A DNA stretch of 64,000 nt. Origin: an uncultured Bacillota bacterium (GTDB lineage Bacteria > Bacillota > Clostridia > Oscillospirales > Oscillospiraceae). The first letter of the stretch is position 1. Each line of letters starts with the position of its first letter. Below the pieces are notes generated by a model, which made no database searches, was not told the DNA's origin, and was given only the letters and a program-made list of their open reading frames with translations. The position numbers and the translations under genes are program-made. The DNA lies in the NCBI GenBank assembly GCA_947649625.1, contig CANSSJ010000003.1:2055-66054 (forward strand), written 5' to 3'. Positions 9,271-19,388 of the stretch are shown in pieces.

Positions 9271-11279
9271 AAAGACAAAACCGCGTGGGCAGCCGCCTGG
9301 TTATCGGCCTGATGTTCCTCTTTCTCTACGCCCCCATCCTCCTTTTGATTATCTTTTCCTTCAACGCCGGGGACTCCAGCGCCGTGTGGAAGGGCTTCTC
9401 CCTCCAGTGGTACGGCAAGCTGTTTCAGAACCGGCTGATCATGGAGAGCGTCTACACCACCCTGCTGGTCTCCCTGCTGGCCACCGCCATCGCCACCGTG
9501 GCCGGCACCTTCGCCGCCATCGGGCTGTACAGCCTGGGCCGCAAGCGGCGGGAGGCCCTGCTCACGGTGAACAACATCCCCATGATGAACGCCGACATCG
9601 TCACCGGCGTGTCCCTGTGCCTGTTCTTCGTGGCCTTTTTCCAGGGCTGGGGGACCTTCGCCCGGTGGTTCAACTCGGTCCAGAGCGCGGTGGAGCTGCC
9701 CGACCGGCTGGTGCTGGGCTTTACCACCCTGCTGCTGGCCCATATCGCCTTTGACATCCCCTATGTGATCCTCAACGTGGCCCCCAAGCTGCGGCAGATG
9801 GACCGCAACCTGATGGACGCGGCCCAGGACCTGGGCTGCACCTGGATGCAGGCCTTCTGGAAGGTGATGCTGCCCGAGATCAAGCCGGGCATCGTCTCCG
9901 GGGCGCTGATCGCCTTCACCATGTCCATCGACGACTTCATCATCTCCTACTTCACCGCCGGGTCGGCCAGCTCCACCCTGGCCATGGCCATCTACGGCAT
10001 GACCAAGAAACGGGTCACCCCGGAGGTCAACGCGGTGTCCACCATCCTGTTCCTGTCGGTGCTGTTGCTGCTGGTGCTGTCCAACATCAAGGAGGTCCGG
10101 GCCGAGGCCCGGGAGCGGCTGGGAGCCGCCCGGAAGCCCTCCGCCCTGGACAGGGCCCGGATGAAGCTGGCCGAGCCTCGGTTCAAATGGCTCCGCCGGG
10201 GGACGGCGGCGGTGCTGGCCTGCGCCTTCATCGCGTCGGTGTCCTTCCTCAGCTACGCCACCAGCTCCCGGCCGGTGGTCAACGTGTGCTCCTGGGGGGA
10301 GTACATCGACGAGGACCTTATCACTCAGTTCGAGGAGGCCACCGGCATCCGGGTGAACTACCAGACCGCCGAGAGCAACGAGGCCCTGTACTCCCTGCTC
10401 AAGAGCGGCGGGGCGGACTACGACGTGGTGGTCCCCTCCGACTATATGATCGGCCGCCTCATCGCCGAGGACATGCTGGAGCCCCTGGACTACAGCCAAA
10501 TTCCCAACTTCTCCCTCATTGACGACCGGTTCAAAAACCTGTCCTACGACCCGGACAACCGGTATACCGTCCCCTACACCTGGGGCACCCTGGGCATCAT
10601 CTACAACACCGCCATGGTGGACGGGGAGATCACCAGCTGGAGCGCCCTGTACGACGACAAATACGCCGGGAACGTCCTGCTCATCAACAACTCCCGGGAC
10701 GCCATCGGAGAGGCCCTGCTGTATCTGGGCTATTCGGTGAACACCACCGACGAGGCCCAGATCAGGGAGGCCTATGAGCTGGTGGCCGACGCCAACCGCC
10801 GGGGGGTGTTTCAGGGCCGGGTGATGGACGAGGTGTTCCAGAAGATGGAGGGGGGCAACGCCGCCATCGCCACCTACTACGCCGGGGACTACCTGTCTAT
10901 GGTGGACAACCAGGCCGAGGGTGTGGACCTGGCCTTCGTCATCCCGGAGGAGGGCTCCAACTGGTTTGTGGACGCCATGTGTATGCTCAAGGACGCCCCC
11001 CACCAGGAGGAGGCCCACAAGTGGATCAACTTCATCGCCTCCACCGAGGCCAATCTGGCCAACATGGACTATATCTGGTACGCCTCTCCCAACCGGGAGG
11101 CCCTGGAGAAATATCCCGCCTACTACGAGGAGCTCTACGGCGAGGAGCTGGACCCCGAGGTCTACGAGATCATGGCCGCGCCCCCGGAAACCCTGGAGCG
11201 GTGCGAGGCCTACCTCAATCTGCCCGCCGCCACCCTCAACCTGTACAACGCCCTGTGGACCCAGCTGGGCACCAGTTAA
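9267..11279 (+). CDS. potCD: Fused PotC permease / PotD polyamine-binding protein
   Basis: N-half FLYAPI, DAAQDLG, FTMSIDDF; C-half WGEYID, YDVVVPSDYMI, PYTWGTLGI; single 670-aa frame. Confidence 0.9.
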   Translation: MKRQNRVGSRLVIGLMFLFLYAPILLLIIFSFNAGDSSAVWKGFSLQWYGKLFQNRLIMESVYTTLLVSLLATAIATVAGTFAAIGLYSLGRKRREALLTVNNIPMMNADIVTGVSLCLFFVAFFQGWGTFARWFNSVQSAVELPDRLVLGFTTLLLAHIAFDIPYVILNVAPKLRQMDRNLMDAAQDLGCTWMQAFWKVMLPEIKPGIVSGALIAFTMSIDDFIISYFTAGSASSTLAMAIYGMTKKRVTPEVNAVSTILFLSVLLLLVLSNIKEVRAEARERLGAARKPSALDRARMKLAEPRFKWLRRGTAAVLACAFIASVSFLSYATSSRPVVNVCSWGEYIDEDLITQFEEATGIRVNYQTAESNEALYSLLKSGGADYDVVVPSDYMIGRLIAEDMLEPLDYSQIPNFSLIDDRFKNLSYDPDNRYTVPYTWGTLGIIYNTAMVDGEITSWSALYDDKYAGNVLLINNSRDAIGEALLYLGYSVNTTDEAQIREAYELVADANRRGVFQGRVMDEVFQKMEGGNAAIATYYAGDYLSMVDNQAEGVDLAFVIPEEGSNWFVDAMCMLKDAPHQEEAHKWINFIASTEANLANMDYIWYASPNREALEKYPAYYEELYGEELDPEVYEIMAAPPETLERCEAYLNLPAATLNLYNALWTQLGTS

Positions 11280-11283
11280 CGGA

Positions 11284-11314
11284 AAACCGCACGGACAGAC
11301 AGTCCGTGCGGTTT
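11284..11314 (+). terminator. Terminator of the pot operon
   Basis: AAACCGCACGGAC / GTCCGTGCGGTTT stem. Confidence 0.75.
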
Positions 11315-11356
11315 GATTTGTTCCCCAATAAGAGAGAGGCAGTGGTACGCGCCCCC

Positions 11357-11499
11357 AAAGGCCCCCTTCGCAAAGGGGGCTGGCACGGCGAAGCCGTGGC
11401 TGGGGGTTTTCTCCGAAAGAACCAGATACGTTCAAAAGGGGAAAACCCTCCACCACCGCCTGCGGCGGCGGTCCCCCTCCCTTCAAGAAGGGAGGCTTT
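11357..11499. repeat. Modular palindromic intergenic repeat, family A copy 1
   Basis: Shares long blocks with 43328-43499; made of two inverted ~60-bp units. Confidence 0.85.
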
Positions 11500-11521
11500 G
11501 CCCTGCGGGGGACAGAGATTT

Positions 11522-12520
11522 TTACCCCTCCGGGTAGCGGGTGTAGATGGCCCAGGGCTTGGCGGCAGTGGGACGCGCTGTATTGAGGCCGTCATCGGTT
11601 GGCCATTTGACCTGGGAGTTGTTGTTGCCTTCGCAGCGGGCGACGTAGTTGTACTCGTTCAGGACGCCGCTCATGGCGATGGAGACGTGGGTGGCGTTGC
11701 CGTTCTTGTCCAGGTGGACGATGATGTCGCCGGGACGGATGTCGGTCACGTCGTCGACCTTGCGGCAGGGGGCGTCGTAGCCGAAGACCCGGTCGCTGAC
11801 CATCGCGGCGAAGCCGCCGCACGCGTAGGTGGTGTTGATGCCGTATTGGCCGTGGACGACGACGTTGAAGGCGGCGCTGACCTTGTTGGGATTCTTGCCC
11901 TGAGAGCCACTCTGGTTCCACGGAGTCCCGGTGGGATACTCCCGCTCAATCTCCGCCATGATGGCGAGGACGTTGGACTCGGTGACGGGCTTCCCGTTGG
12001 CGAGGGTGGCCTCGGTGGGCTGCTCGGGCTCCACCGGCGCGGCGGCCCCGCCGGTCTCGATCATCACGCCCTGGCCGGCGGCCCAATCCACCTGGAAGTC
12101 CAGGGCCTTGCCCAGGTCCCGGAGCTTGAAATAGTTGCTCCCGCCGATCTTGTAGACGGTGAGGCTGGCCTCTGTTCCGTCGATGATAATGGAATCGCTG
12201 GAACGGGAGGCGGTCCGGCTCTCAGAGGGGGCCCCCGCCAGCTCCTTGCCGGTGGCCTCGTAGGGCTGGCCGGAGGTAACCGTCACCTTGCCGTTGCTGT
12301 AGCCCACGGAAAATTGTTTTTCGGTGCCGTTGAGCACGGCGGCCACGTCCCGGATCTTGAAATAGTTGCTCCCCCCGATCTTGTACACGGTGGGGGTTTG
12401 CTCCACGCCGTCCACCGTCAGCCTGTCGTTGGTGGGATTGGCTGTCTCCGCCGCCAGGGCGGGGACGGTCAGCCCCAGGCACAGGGCCAGGGCAAGGAAA
12501 CACGAAACTGCTTTTTTCAT
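11522..12520 (-). CDS. Secreted cell-surface protein: two tandem N-terminal repeats plus a C-terminal CHAP/NlpC-like cysteine hydrolase domain
   Basis: Signal peptide ending ALA; duplicated TVYKIGGSNYFK(I/L)RD; YACGGFA...THVSIA...CEGNNN; promoter TTGCCT-N17-TATAAT. Confidence 0.65.
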   Translation of the reverse strand: MKKAVSCFLALALCLGLTVPALAAETANPTNDRLTVDGVEQTPTVYKIGGSNYFKIRDVAAVLNGTEKQFSVGYSNGKVTVTSGQPYEATGKELAGAPSESRTASRSSDSIIIDGTEASLTVYKIGGSNYFKLRDLGKALDFQVDWAAGQGVMIETGGAAAPVEPEQPTEATLANGKPVTESNVLAIMAEIEREYPTGTPWNQSGSQGKNPNKVSAAFNVVVHGQYGINTTYACGGFAAMVSDRVFGYDAPCRKVDDVTDIRPGDIIVHLDKNGNATHVSIAMSGVLNEYNYVARCEGNNNSQVKWPTDDGLNTARPTAAKPWAIYTRYPEG

Positions 12521-12586
12521 TCGGAGAGACCTCCCTGTCTTTAGATAGCCCCATTATACCACCCCTCCGGTGGGAAGGCAATAGGA

Positions 12587-12621
12587 ACCGGCCCCGCCTG
12601 TCCATCACAGGCGGGGCCGGT
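12587..12621 (-). terminator. Terminator-like hairpin after msmX
   Basis: ACCGGCCCCGCCTGT / ACAGGCGGGGCCGGT 15-bp stem. Confidence 0.7.
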
Positions 12622-12646
12622 ATGTTCCGTGGGAGGAAGAATGTGC

Positions 12647-13837
12647 TTAGAATTCCAGGTTTTTACCGTCCTTGGCAAAGACGTGGCAGACGTTGCCGCT
12701 GAAGGTGAGGTTGAGCTTATCCCCGGCGTGGAAGGAGTCGATCCGCTCGCCGTTGGCGTCCATGGTGGGCACGATGATGACCACGTCCTTGCCCTCGGCG
12801 TTGGCGTGGAAGTGGACCTCGCTGCCCATCAGCTCGGACACGTCGATGATGGCGGACAGGGTGTTCTCCGGGGTCTTGGACAGGACCATGTGGCTGGGAC
12901 GCACGCCCAGGGTGATGTCCTGCGCCGCCACGCTGTGGGAGGCCAGATTCTTCTGCTTCTCGTCAGACAGCTCCACCTTGCAGCCGCCCACGCTGACGAA
13001 GTACTTCCCGCCCTCGCTGAGCAGCTTGGCGTTGAAGAAGTTCATCTGAGGCATGCCGATGAAGCCGGCCACGAACAGATTGGCGGGGTGGTCGAAGACC
13101 TCCTGGGGGGTGCCGATCTGCTGGATGTAGCCGTCCTTCATGATGACGATCCGGTCGCCCAGAGTCATAGCCTCGGTCTGGTCGTGGGTGACGTAGATGA
13201 AGGTGGTGTTGATCTTCTGGCGCAGCTTGATGATCTCGGCGCGCATCTGGTTACGGAGCTTGGCGTCCAGGTTGGACAGAGGCTCGTCCATCAGCAGCAC
13301 CTTGGGCTCGCGGACGATGGCGCGGCCGATGGCCACACGCTGCCGCTGACCGCCGGACAGAGCCTTGGGCTTCCGGTCCAGATACTGGGTGATGTCCAGG
13401 ATCTCGGCCGCCTCTTTCACCCGGCGGTCGATCTCGTCCTTGTCCATCTTGCGCAGCTTCAGGGGGAAGGCCATGTTCTCATACACCGTCATGTGGGGAT
13501 ACAGAGCGTAGCTCTGGAACACCATGGCGATGTCCCGGTTCTTGGGCTCCACGTCGTTCATCAGCTTGCCGTCAATGTACAGCTCGCCGCCGCTGATCTC
13601 CTCCAGGCCGGCCACCATCCGCAGGGTGGTGGATTTGCCGCAGCCGGAAGGTCCGACCAGCACGATGAACTCCTTGTCGGCGATGTCCAGGTTGAACTGC
13701 TGGACGGCGATGACGCCCTGTTCGGTCACCTGAAGATTGGTCTTCTTCTCAGGCTCGCCCTTTTTCTTCTTCGCCTTCTTCTGGTCTCCGCTGTGGGGAT
13801 AGATCTTGGTGATGCCCTTCAGATTCAGAGTTGCCAT
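12647..13837 (-). CDS. msmX: Stand-alone sugar ABC transporter ATPase (MsmX/MsmK/MalK type)
   Basis: [39 protein letters not shown]. Confidence 0.85.
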   Translation of the reverse strand: MATLNLKGITKIYPHSGDQKKAKKKKGEPEKKTNLQVTEQGVIAVQQFNLDIADKEFIVLVGPSGCGKSTTLRMVAGLEEISGGELYIDGKLMNDVEPKNRDIAMVFQSYALYPHMTVYENMAFPLKLRKMDKDEIDRRVKEAAEILDITQYLDRKPKALSGGQRQRVAIGRAIVREPKVLLMDEPLSNLDAKLRNQMRAEIIKLRQKINTTFIYVTHDQTEAMTLGDRIVIMKDGYIQQIGTPQEVFDHPANLFVAGFIGMPQMNFFNAKLLSEGGKYFVSVGGCKVELSDEKQKNLASHSVAAQDITLGVRPSHMVLSKTPENTLSAIIDVSELMGSEVHFHANAEGKDVVIIVPTMDANGERIDSFHAGDKLNLTFSGNVCHVFAKDGKNLEF

Positions 13838-14088
13838 TTGCGTTCGGCTTTGATGAAACGGCCTCCGCCATTTCACCTCGCCCTGGAGCAGCATAGTCCC
13901 CAGGGGCTTTACGACAGGTCTCCACACTGCCGTACCGCAAGCCGCAGCGGTCTTTTTCCTCCTTTTTGTTTGGTGCCGGACGCTATAGTGATGGAGTAGC
14001 GGCCCGGCCCGTGGATTATATTTGGAAAGGCGGGCGGACCCGCCCGTTCCAACGGGGGGGGGGGTGTGGCGGCGATGCGCCGTTCCGT

Positions 14089-14213
14089 GTAGGGCGGGAC
14101 GACTCGGCCCGCCGTCTTATTTGATCGCGGGGCACCGAGGTCGTCGCCCCCTACAGGATCGCAATGTAGGGGCGGATATCATCCGCCCGCGGGCGCATAA
14201 TATGCGCCCCTAC
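14089..14213. repeat. Two tandem inverted pairs of GTAG-tagged REP palindromes (14089-14154, 14166-14213)
   Basis: GTAGGGCGGGACGACTCGGCCCGCC...GTCGTCGCCCCCTAC and GTAGGGGCGGATATCATCCGCCCG-CGGGCGCATAATATGCGCCCCTAC. Confidence 0.85.
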
Positions 14214-15337
14214 ACGGGTTTGCCCTTAAACACAATGGCCTTGATGGACAGGTCCTGCTCGTCCAGCAGGACGGCGCTGGCCTCCTTGCCGACGTCCAGG
14301 GTGCCCACCCGGTCCTCGATGCCGATGGACTTGGCCGGGTTATAGGTGCAGGCCCGCACCGCGTCGGCCACAGGGATACCGAAGGACACCGCCTGACGCA
14401 GGCAGCCCATCAGGCTGGTGACCGACCCGGCCAGTGTCTCCGGATGGCCCAGGATGGTAGCCCGGTTTCCGTGGACCTCGATCATCTGGCCGCCGAAGGG
14501 GTACTCGCCGTCTGGCATTCCGGTGGCCCGGAGGGAGTCGGAAATAATGATCATCCGCTCCTTCCCGAACAGCCCGAAGGTGAGGCGGACCACTGCCGGG
14601 TGGATGTGGATGCCGTCGCAGATCAGCTCGGGCATGACGGCGGGGACCTCCCAGGCCGCGCCGATGACGCCCGGGTCCCGGTGGGCCAGGGGGGGCATGG
14701 CATTATAGAGGTGGGTGGCGTGGTCCGCCCCCGCCTCAAAGGCGGCCCTAGCGGTGTCGTAATTGGCGACGGTGTGGCCCACCGAGACGTGGATACCCAT
14801 TTCCTTCGCAGCCTTGATAAACTCCACGGAGCCCGGCTGCTCGGGGGCCAGGGTGACCAGACGGACACAGCCCTCCGCCGCCTCCTGGAGGCGCTTCAGC
14901 ATAGCGGCGTCCGGGTCGTGGAGGTAGTCGCCGTTCTGGGCGCCCTTCTTGGCCATGCACAGGAAGGGGCCTTCCAGGTGGGCACCCACCACCTCCGCGC
15001 CCCCGGCGTTTTTCTTCCGGTGGGCGGCGGTGGTCTTGCAGATGGCGGTGAGCTGGTCCTCGGGGAGGGTCATGCCGGCGGGGCAGATATAGGTAACTCC
15101 CTGAGACAGCTCATAGTCGGCGATTTTTTGTAGGCCGTCGGGGGTGGCGTCGGAAAAGTCCTCCCCCACGCAGCCGTGGAAGTGGACGTCCACCAGCCCG
15201 GGAATGACGTAGCAGCCCTTGGCGTCCAGGACTTCTCCGTCCCCGCTGCTCTCAGAGATCAGCGCGCCGTCGGTGAACACATCCCGGCCGACAAAGCCCT
15301 GTTCCAGGTCGAAGACCTGTCCGTTGGTAATTCTCAT
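14210..15337 (-). CDS. nagA: N-acetylglucosamine-6-phosphate deacetylase
   Basis: PGLVDVHFHG, HLEGPF, THLYNAM, DGIHIHP, LAGS. Confidence 0.95.
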   Translation of the reverse strand: MRITNGQVFDLEQGFVGRDVFTDGALISESSGDGEVLDAKGCYVIPGLVDVHFHGCVGEDFSDATPDGLQKIADYELSQGVTYICPAGMTLPEDQLTAICKTTAAHRKKNAGGAEVVGAHLEGPFLCMAKKGAQNGDYLHDPDAAMLKRLQEAAEGCVRLVTLAPEQPGSVEFIKAAKEMGIHVSVGHTVANYDTARAAFEAGADHATHLYNAMPPLAHRDPGVIGAAWEVPAVMPELICDGIHIHPAVVRLTFGLFGKERMIIISDSLRATGMPDGEYPFGGQMIEVHGNRATILGHPETLAGSVTSLMGCLRQAVSFGIPVADAVRACTYNPAKSIGIEDRVGTLDVGKEASAVLLDEQDLSIKAIVFKGKPV

Positions 15338-16080
15338 GCCTGGAACCCGGCGGCGGCCAGCTTGCTGAAAGCGGCCTCGTCAACGACCACGACCACGTCG
15401 GGGTGGAGCTGGAGGATGGAGCCGGGGCACTCGGGAGTGATAGGCCCGCAGACAGAGCGGCAGATGGCGTCGGCCTTCTCCTCGCCGCTGGCGCACAGCA
15501 GCACCTTCTTGGCCCCCATGATGGCCTCCATGCCCATACTGATGGCCTGCCTGGGCACGTCGTCCCGGCTGGCGAAGAAGCGGGCGTTGGCGTCGATGGT
15601 GCTCTCGGCCAGGTCCACCACGTGGGTTTCCTTCACGAAGCAGTCCCCCGGCTCGTTGAAGCCGATGTGGCCGTTACGGCCGATGCCCAGCAGCTGCAGG
15701 TCCACATAGCCCTGGCTGCGGATATAGGCGTCGTACTCGTCGCAGAAGGCCTTGGGGTCCTTAGTCAGCCCATCGGGCACCCGGGTGTGCTCAGGGCTAA
15801 TATCCACATGGTCGAACAGATTGCTCTGCATGAAGTAACGGTAGCTCTGGTCGTGGTCGGGGGCCAGACCCACATACTCGTCCAGGTTGACACTGAGAAC
15901 ATCCTTGAAACTGAGCAGCCCCTGCTTATACCAGTCCACCAGATAGCGGTAGGCCCCCTCGGGGGTGGAGCCGGTGGCCAAACCCAGCAGGCAGGCGGGA
16001 TTATGGGTGACCTCTGCGGCGATGATCTGGGCCGCGCGGCGGCTCATGGCCTCATAGTCTTTCTCACGATAGATTCTCAT
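15334..16080 (-). CDS. nagB: Glucosamine-6-phosphate deaminase
   Basis: LGLATGSTP, NLDEYVGL, LLGIGRNGHIGFNEP. Confidence 0.96.
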   Translation of the reverse strand: MRIYREKDYEAMSRRAAQIIAAEVTHNPACLLGLATGSTPEGAYRYLVDWYKQGLLSFKDVLSVNLDEYVGLAPDHDQSYRYFMQSNLFDHVDISPEHTRVPDGLTKDPKAFCDEYDAYIRSQGYVDLQLLGIGRNGHIGFNEPGDCFVKETHVVDLAESTIDANARFFASRDDVPRQAISMGMEAIMGAKKVLLCASGEEKADAICRSVCGPITPECPGSILQLHPDVVVVVDEAAFSKLAAAGFQA

Positions 16081-16279
16081 AACGCATTACTCCTTCTCAA
16101 AAATATTGAGGTAACCGCTTTGCTATCATCATACCACGCCTCGCGGGACAAGTCCAGTCATATCTTCAAAAAATTCCGATATTTTCATTGTGTTTTTGTC
16201 CACTTTATAGTATAATCATCCGTAACAAAAAATCACTCCGTCCGGCGGAACACGCCGGCCGGAATCAAGGGGAGAAATT

Positions 16280-17611
16280 ATGAGTAAAGACAACAAAAAA
16301 CACCGGTTTTCCAGCGGCTGGGGCTTTGTCCTCTCGGCGGTGGGCTCGGCGGTGGGCATGGCCAACGTGTGGGGCTTTCCCGCCAAGATGGGCAGCAACG
16401 GCGGCGGGGCCTTCCTGCTGGCCTACCTGTTTTTCATTATGCTCTTCGGCACGGTGGGCCTGTCCGCCGAGTATGCCGTGGGCCGCCGGGCCCACACCGG
16501 CACCCTGGGCTCCTATGAGATGGCCTGGGCCAACCGGAAGCCCGCACTGGGAAAGGCGGGCGGGATCGTGGGCTGGCTGCCCCTGGCCGGCTCCATGTGT
16601 ATCGCCCTGGGCTACGCCGTCATCATCGCCTACGTGCTCAAGGCCTTCGCCGCCTCGGTGGGCGGGTCGCTGATGACGGTGGACCCCGGCCCCTGGTTTG
16701 AGTCCTTCTCCCTCCACGACTACTCAGTGGTCCCCTTCCATGTGATCGTGGTGGTGGGCACCCTGCTCACCCTCCTGCTGGGAGCCAGGAGCATTGAGAA
16801 GTCCAACAAGGTGATGATGCCGCTGTTTTTCATCATCTTCCTCATTCTGGCCGTCCGGGTGGCCCTCCTGCCCGGAGCCATTGAGGGTTATAAATATATG
16901 TTCACCCCTCGGTGGAAAGACCTCCTCAACCCCATGGTATGGATCTGGGCTATGGGACAGGCTTTTTTCTCCCTGTCCATCACGGGCAGCGGCATGATTG
17001 TCTACGGGGCCTACCTGTCCCCGGAGGAGGACGTGGTGTCCCTGGCCAAGCAGACCGCCCTCTTTGACACCATCGCCGCCCTGGTGGCCGCCCTGGTGAT
17101 TATCCCCGCCTGCTTCGCCTACGGACTGGACGTGGGGTCCGGGCCTTCCCTGCTCTTTGTCACCCTGCCCCATATCTTGCAGGATATCCCCCTGGGGCGG
17201 CTCTTTGCTGTGATCCTGTACACCGCCATGGTGTTCGCCGGGGTGAGCTCTCTGCAAAACATGTTCGAGGCGGTGGGCGAGTCCCTCCTCCACCGCTTCC
17301 CCAGACTGAACCGGAAGGTGATGCTGGCCATTCTGTGCGTCATCTGCCTGGGTATCGGCCTGAACATGGAGCCCATCTTTAAATGGGGGCCCTGGATGGA
17401 TATTGTTTCCATTTATATCATCCCCATCGGTGCCACCCTGGGGGCCGTGTCCTGGTTCTGGATCATGAAGCGGGACGCGCTGATGGACGAGATCGGCCGG
17501 GGCGCGAAAAAGCCCGCCGGCCAGCTGTGGTACAACGTGGGCCGGTATCTCTACGTCCCCTGCGCCATCATCCTGTGCTGTGTGGCCCTGTTCCTCAAAG
17601 TAGCGTTTTAA
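16280..17611 (+). CDS. Sodium-dependent transporter, neurotransmitter:sodium symporter family
   Basis: GSAVGMANVWGFP, GGGAFL, GQAFFSLS. Confidence 0.92.
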   Translation: MSKDNKKHRFSSGWGFVLSAVGSAVGMANVWGFPAKMGSNGGGAFLLAYLFFIMLFGTVGLSAEYAVGRRAHTGTLGSYEMAWANRKPALGKAGGIVGWLPLAGSMCIALGYAVIIAYVLKAFAASVGGSLMTVDPGPWFESFSLHDYSVVPFHVIVVVGTLLTLLLGARSIEKSNKVMMPLFFIIFLILAVRVALLPGAIEGYKYMFTPRWKDLLNPMVWIWAMGQAFFSLSITGSGMIVYGAYLSPEEDVVSLAKQTALFDTIAALVAALVIIPACFAYGLDVGSGPSLLFVTLPHILQDIPLGRLFAVILYTAMVFAGVSSLQNMFEAVGESLLHRFPRLNRKVMLAILCVICLGIGLNMEPIFKWGPWMDIVSIYIIPIGATLGAVSWFWIMKRDALMDEIGRGAKKPAGQLWYNVGRYLYVPCAIILCCVALFLKVAF

Positions 17612-17626
17612 GACGGGAGGCAGTCA

Positions 17627-18493
17627 ATGACATTTGAGCTGAAAAAAGGCGGTCTGCGAGGCATAGCCCGGACGAAAGGCGGGGAGCTGGTCTCCCTGAG
17701 AGACGGGGAGGGCCGGGAGTATATCTGGGAGGGGAACCCGGCCTTCTGGTCGGGGCAGAACCCCATCCTCTTCCCCATCGTGGGCTCTCTGAAAGACGGA
17801 AAGGTGGACATCGGTGGAACGATCTATGCGATGGGCCGCCACGGCTTCGCCCGGGGGGCGGAGTTCGCCCCTGTGGAACAGGGGGAGGGCTTCGTCACCC
17901 TGGAGCTGCGGGAAAATGAGGAGACTCTAAAGTGCTATCCCTTCCCCTTCTCCCTCAAAGTGACCCACCGGCTGCTGGAGGACGGCTTTTCCACCACTTT
18001 CTCCGTAACCAACACCGGAACCGCCCCCATGCCCTTCTGCGTGGGCGGGCACACCGCCATTCGGGTCCCCGATGGGGAGCGCTTCGAGGACTACGAGCTG
18101 GTATTCGACGTGCTGGAACAGGCGGACAGCCACCTGCTCAACAGCCAGGGCATCATCCGCCACGACGGCCGGAAGCCCATGCTGGACGGGAACCGAATCG
18201 CCCTGGACTACGACACCTTCGCCCAGCTGGACACCATCATTTTCAGTATGCTCCGCTCCGGGAATGTGTCCCTGGTTCACCGGGAGACGGGGAAAGGGGT
18301 ACGGCTGGACTTCCACGAGTTCCCCATGGTGGCCTTCTGGACCAAGCCGGGGGCACCCTTCCTGTGCCTGGAGCCCTGGCAGGGCTGCGCCGCCTGGGAC
18401 AACGAGACCGGAAAATTTGAGGATAAGCCCTTCTGCACCGTCCTCCAGCCGGGAAGTGAAAAAAGTATCTCCTGCGCCTTCTATATCCAGTAA
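17627..18493 (+). CDS. Aldose 1-epimerase family protein (LacX-like)
   Basis: YIWEG...W.GQNPILFPIVG, RHGFAR, GGHTA, LCLEPW. Confidence 0.88.
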   Translation: MTFELKKGGLRGIARTKGGELVSLRDGEGREYIWEGNPAFWSGQNPILFPIVGSLKDGKVDIGGTIYAMGRHGFARGAEFAPVEQGEGFVTLELRENEETLKCYPFPFSLKVTHRLLEDGFSTTFSVTNTGTAPMPFCVGGHTAIRVPDGERFEDYELVFDVLEQADSHLLNSQGIIRHDGRKPMLDGNRIALDYDTFAQLDTIIFSMLRSGNVSLVHRETGKGVRLDFHEFPMVAFWTKPGAPFLCLEPWQGCAAWDNETGKFEDKPFCTVLQPGSEKSISCAFYIQ

Positions 18494-18604
18494 CCTTGCG
18501 GCCCTCCCCGGCGGGGAGGGCCCATTCTTTTCTCTTGCCAAACCTGTCCCGACGGCGTATAATGGGGAAAACCCGGCGGACAAGCCCATTGGAGGGAGCT
18601 TTTT

Positions 18605-19363
18605 ATGGTTTTCATTTCCTGGAACGTCAACGGCCTGCGGGCCTGCTTGAAAAAGGGATTCACTGACTTCTATCAGGCCTACGCGCCCGACTTCCTCTGC
18701 CTCCAGGAGACCAAGATGGAACAGGGCCAGGCGGACGTCCCCCTGGGGGACGGTGTGCTGGAGTACTGGAACTCGGCGGAGAAGAAGGGCTACTCCGGCA
18801 CCGCGGTCTTCACTCCCCACGCCCCCATCGACACCGCCTACGGCATGGACATCGACATGCACGACCACGAGGGGCGGCTCATCACCCTGGAGTATGAGAA
18901 GTTCTATCTGGTGTGCTGCTACACCCCCAACGCCCAGGACGGCCTGAAACGGCTGGACTACCGGATGGAATGGGAGGATGACCTGCGGGAGTATCTCATG
19001 TCGCTGGACAGGACCAAGCCGGTGATCTACTGCGGCGACCTGAACGTGGCCCATGAGGAGATCGACCTGAAAAACCCGAAGGCGAACCGGGGAAACGCCG
19101 GCTTCTCCGACCAGGAGCGGGAGAAAATGACCGCCCTGCTCTCCTCTGGGTTTACCGACACCTTCCGGCACCTTTACCCGGACGTGACCGGGGCCTACTC
19201 CTGGTGGTCCTACCGCTTCAACGCCCGAAAGAACAACGCAGGGTGGCGTATCGACTACTTCATCGTCTCCGACCGCCTGCGAGACAAGATTCTCCGGGCG
19301 GAGATCCTCTCCGACATAGAGGGCAGCGATCATTGTCCGGTTCTATTGGAATTGGATATTTAA
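18605..19363 (+). CDS. xth: Exodeoxyribonuclease III / AP endonuclease
   Basis: SWNVNGLRA, LQETK, GDLNVAH, WRIDYF, SDHCP; promoter TTGCCA-N17-TATAAT at 18535-18563. Confidence 0.95.
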   Translation: MVFISWNVNGLRACLKKGFTDFYQAYAPDFLCLQETKMEQGQADVPLGDGVLEYWNSAEKKGYSGTAVFTPHAPIDTAYGMDIDMHDHEGRLITLEYEKFYLVCCYTPNAQDGLKRLDYRMEWEDDLREYLMSLDRTKPVIYCGDLNVAHEEIDLKNPKANRGNAGFSDQEREKMTALLSSGFTDTFRHLYPDVTGAYSWWSYRFNARKNNAGWRIDYFIVSDRLRDKILRAEILSDIEGSDHCPVLLELDI

Positions 19364-19388
19364 CAGATAACAGAAAGAAGAGATCGTG

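Noticed and set aside
9165-11486. Very long antisense ORFs (773 aa here; also 28021-29841, 49794-51563, 30315-31868, 48416-50038, 46020-47633)
   Set aside because: Shadow frames of GC-rich genes with strong third-position bias; no motifs or RBS, and they lie opposite well-supported CDSs
14030-14215. REP cluster as a CRISPR array
   Set aside because: Repeats are inverted and divergent, with no regular spacers, leader or cas genes
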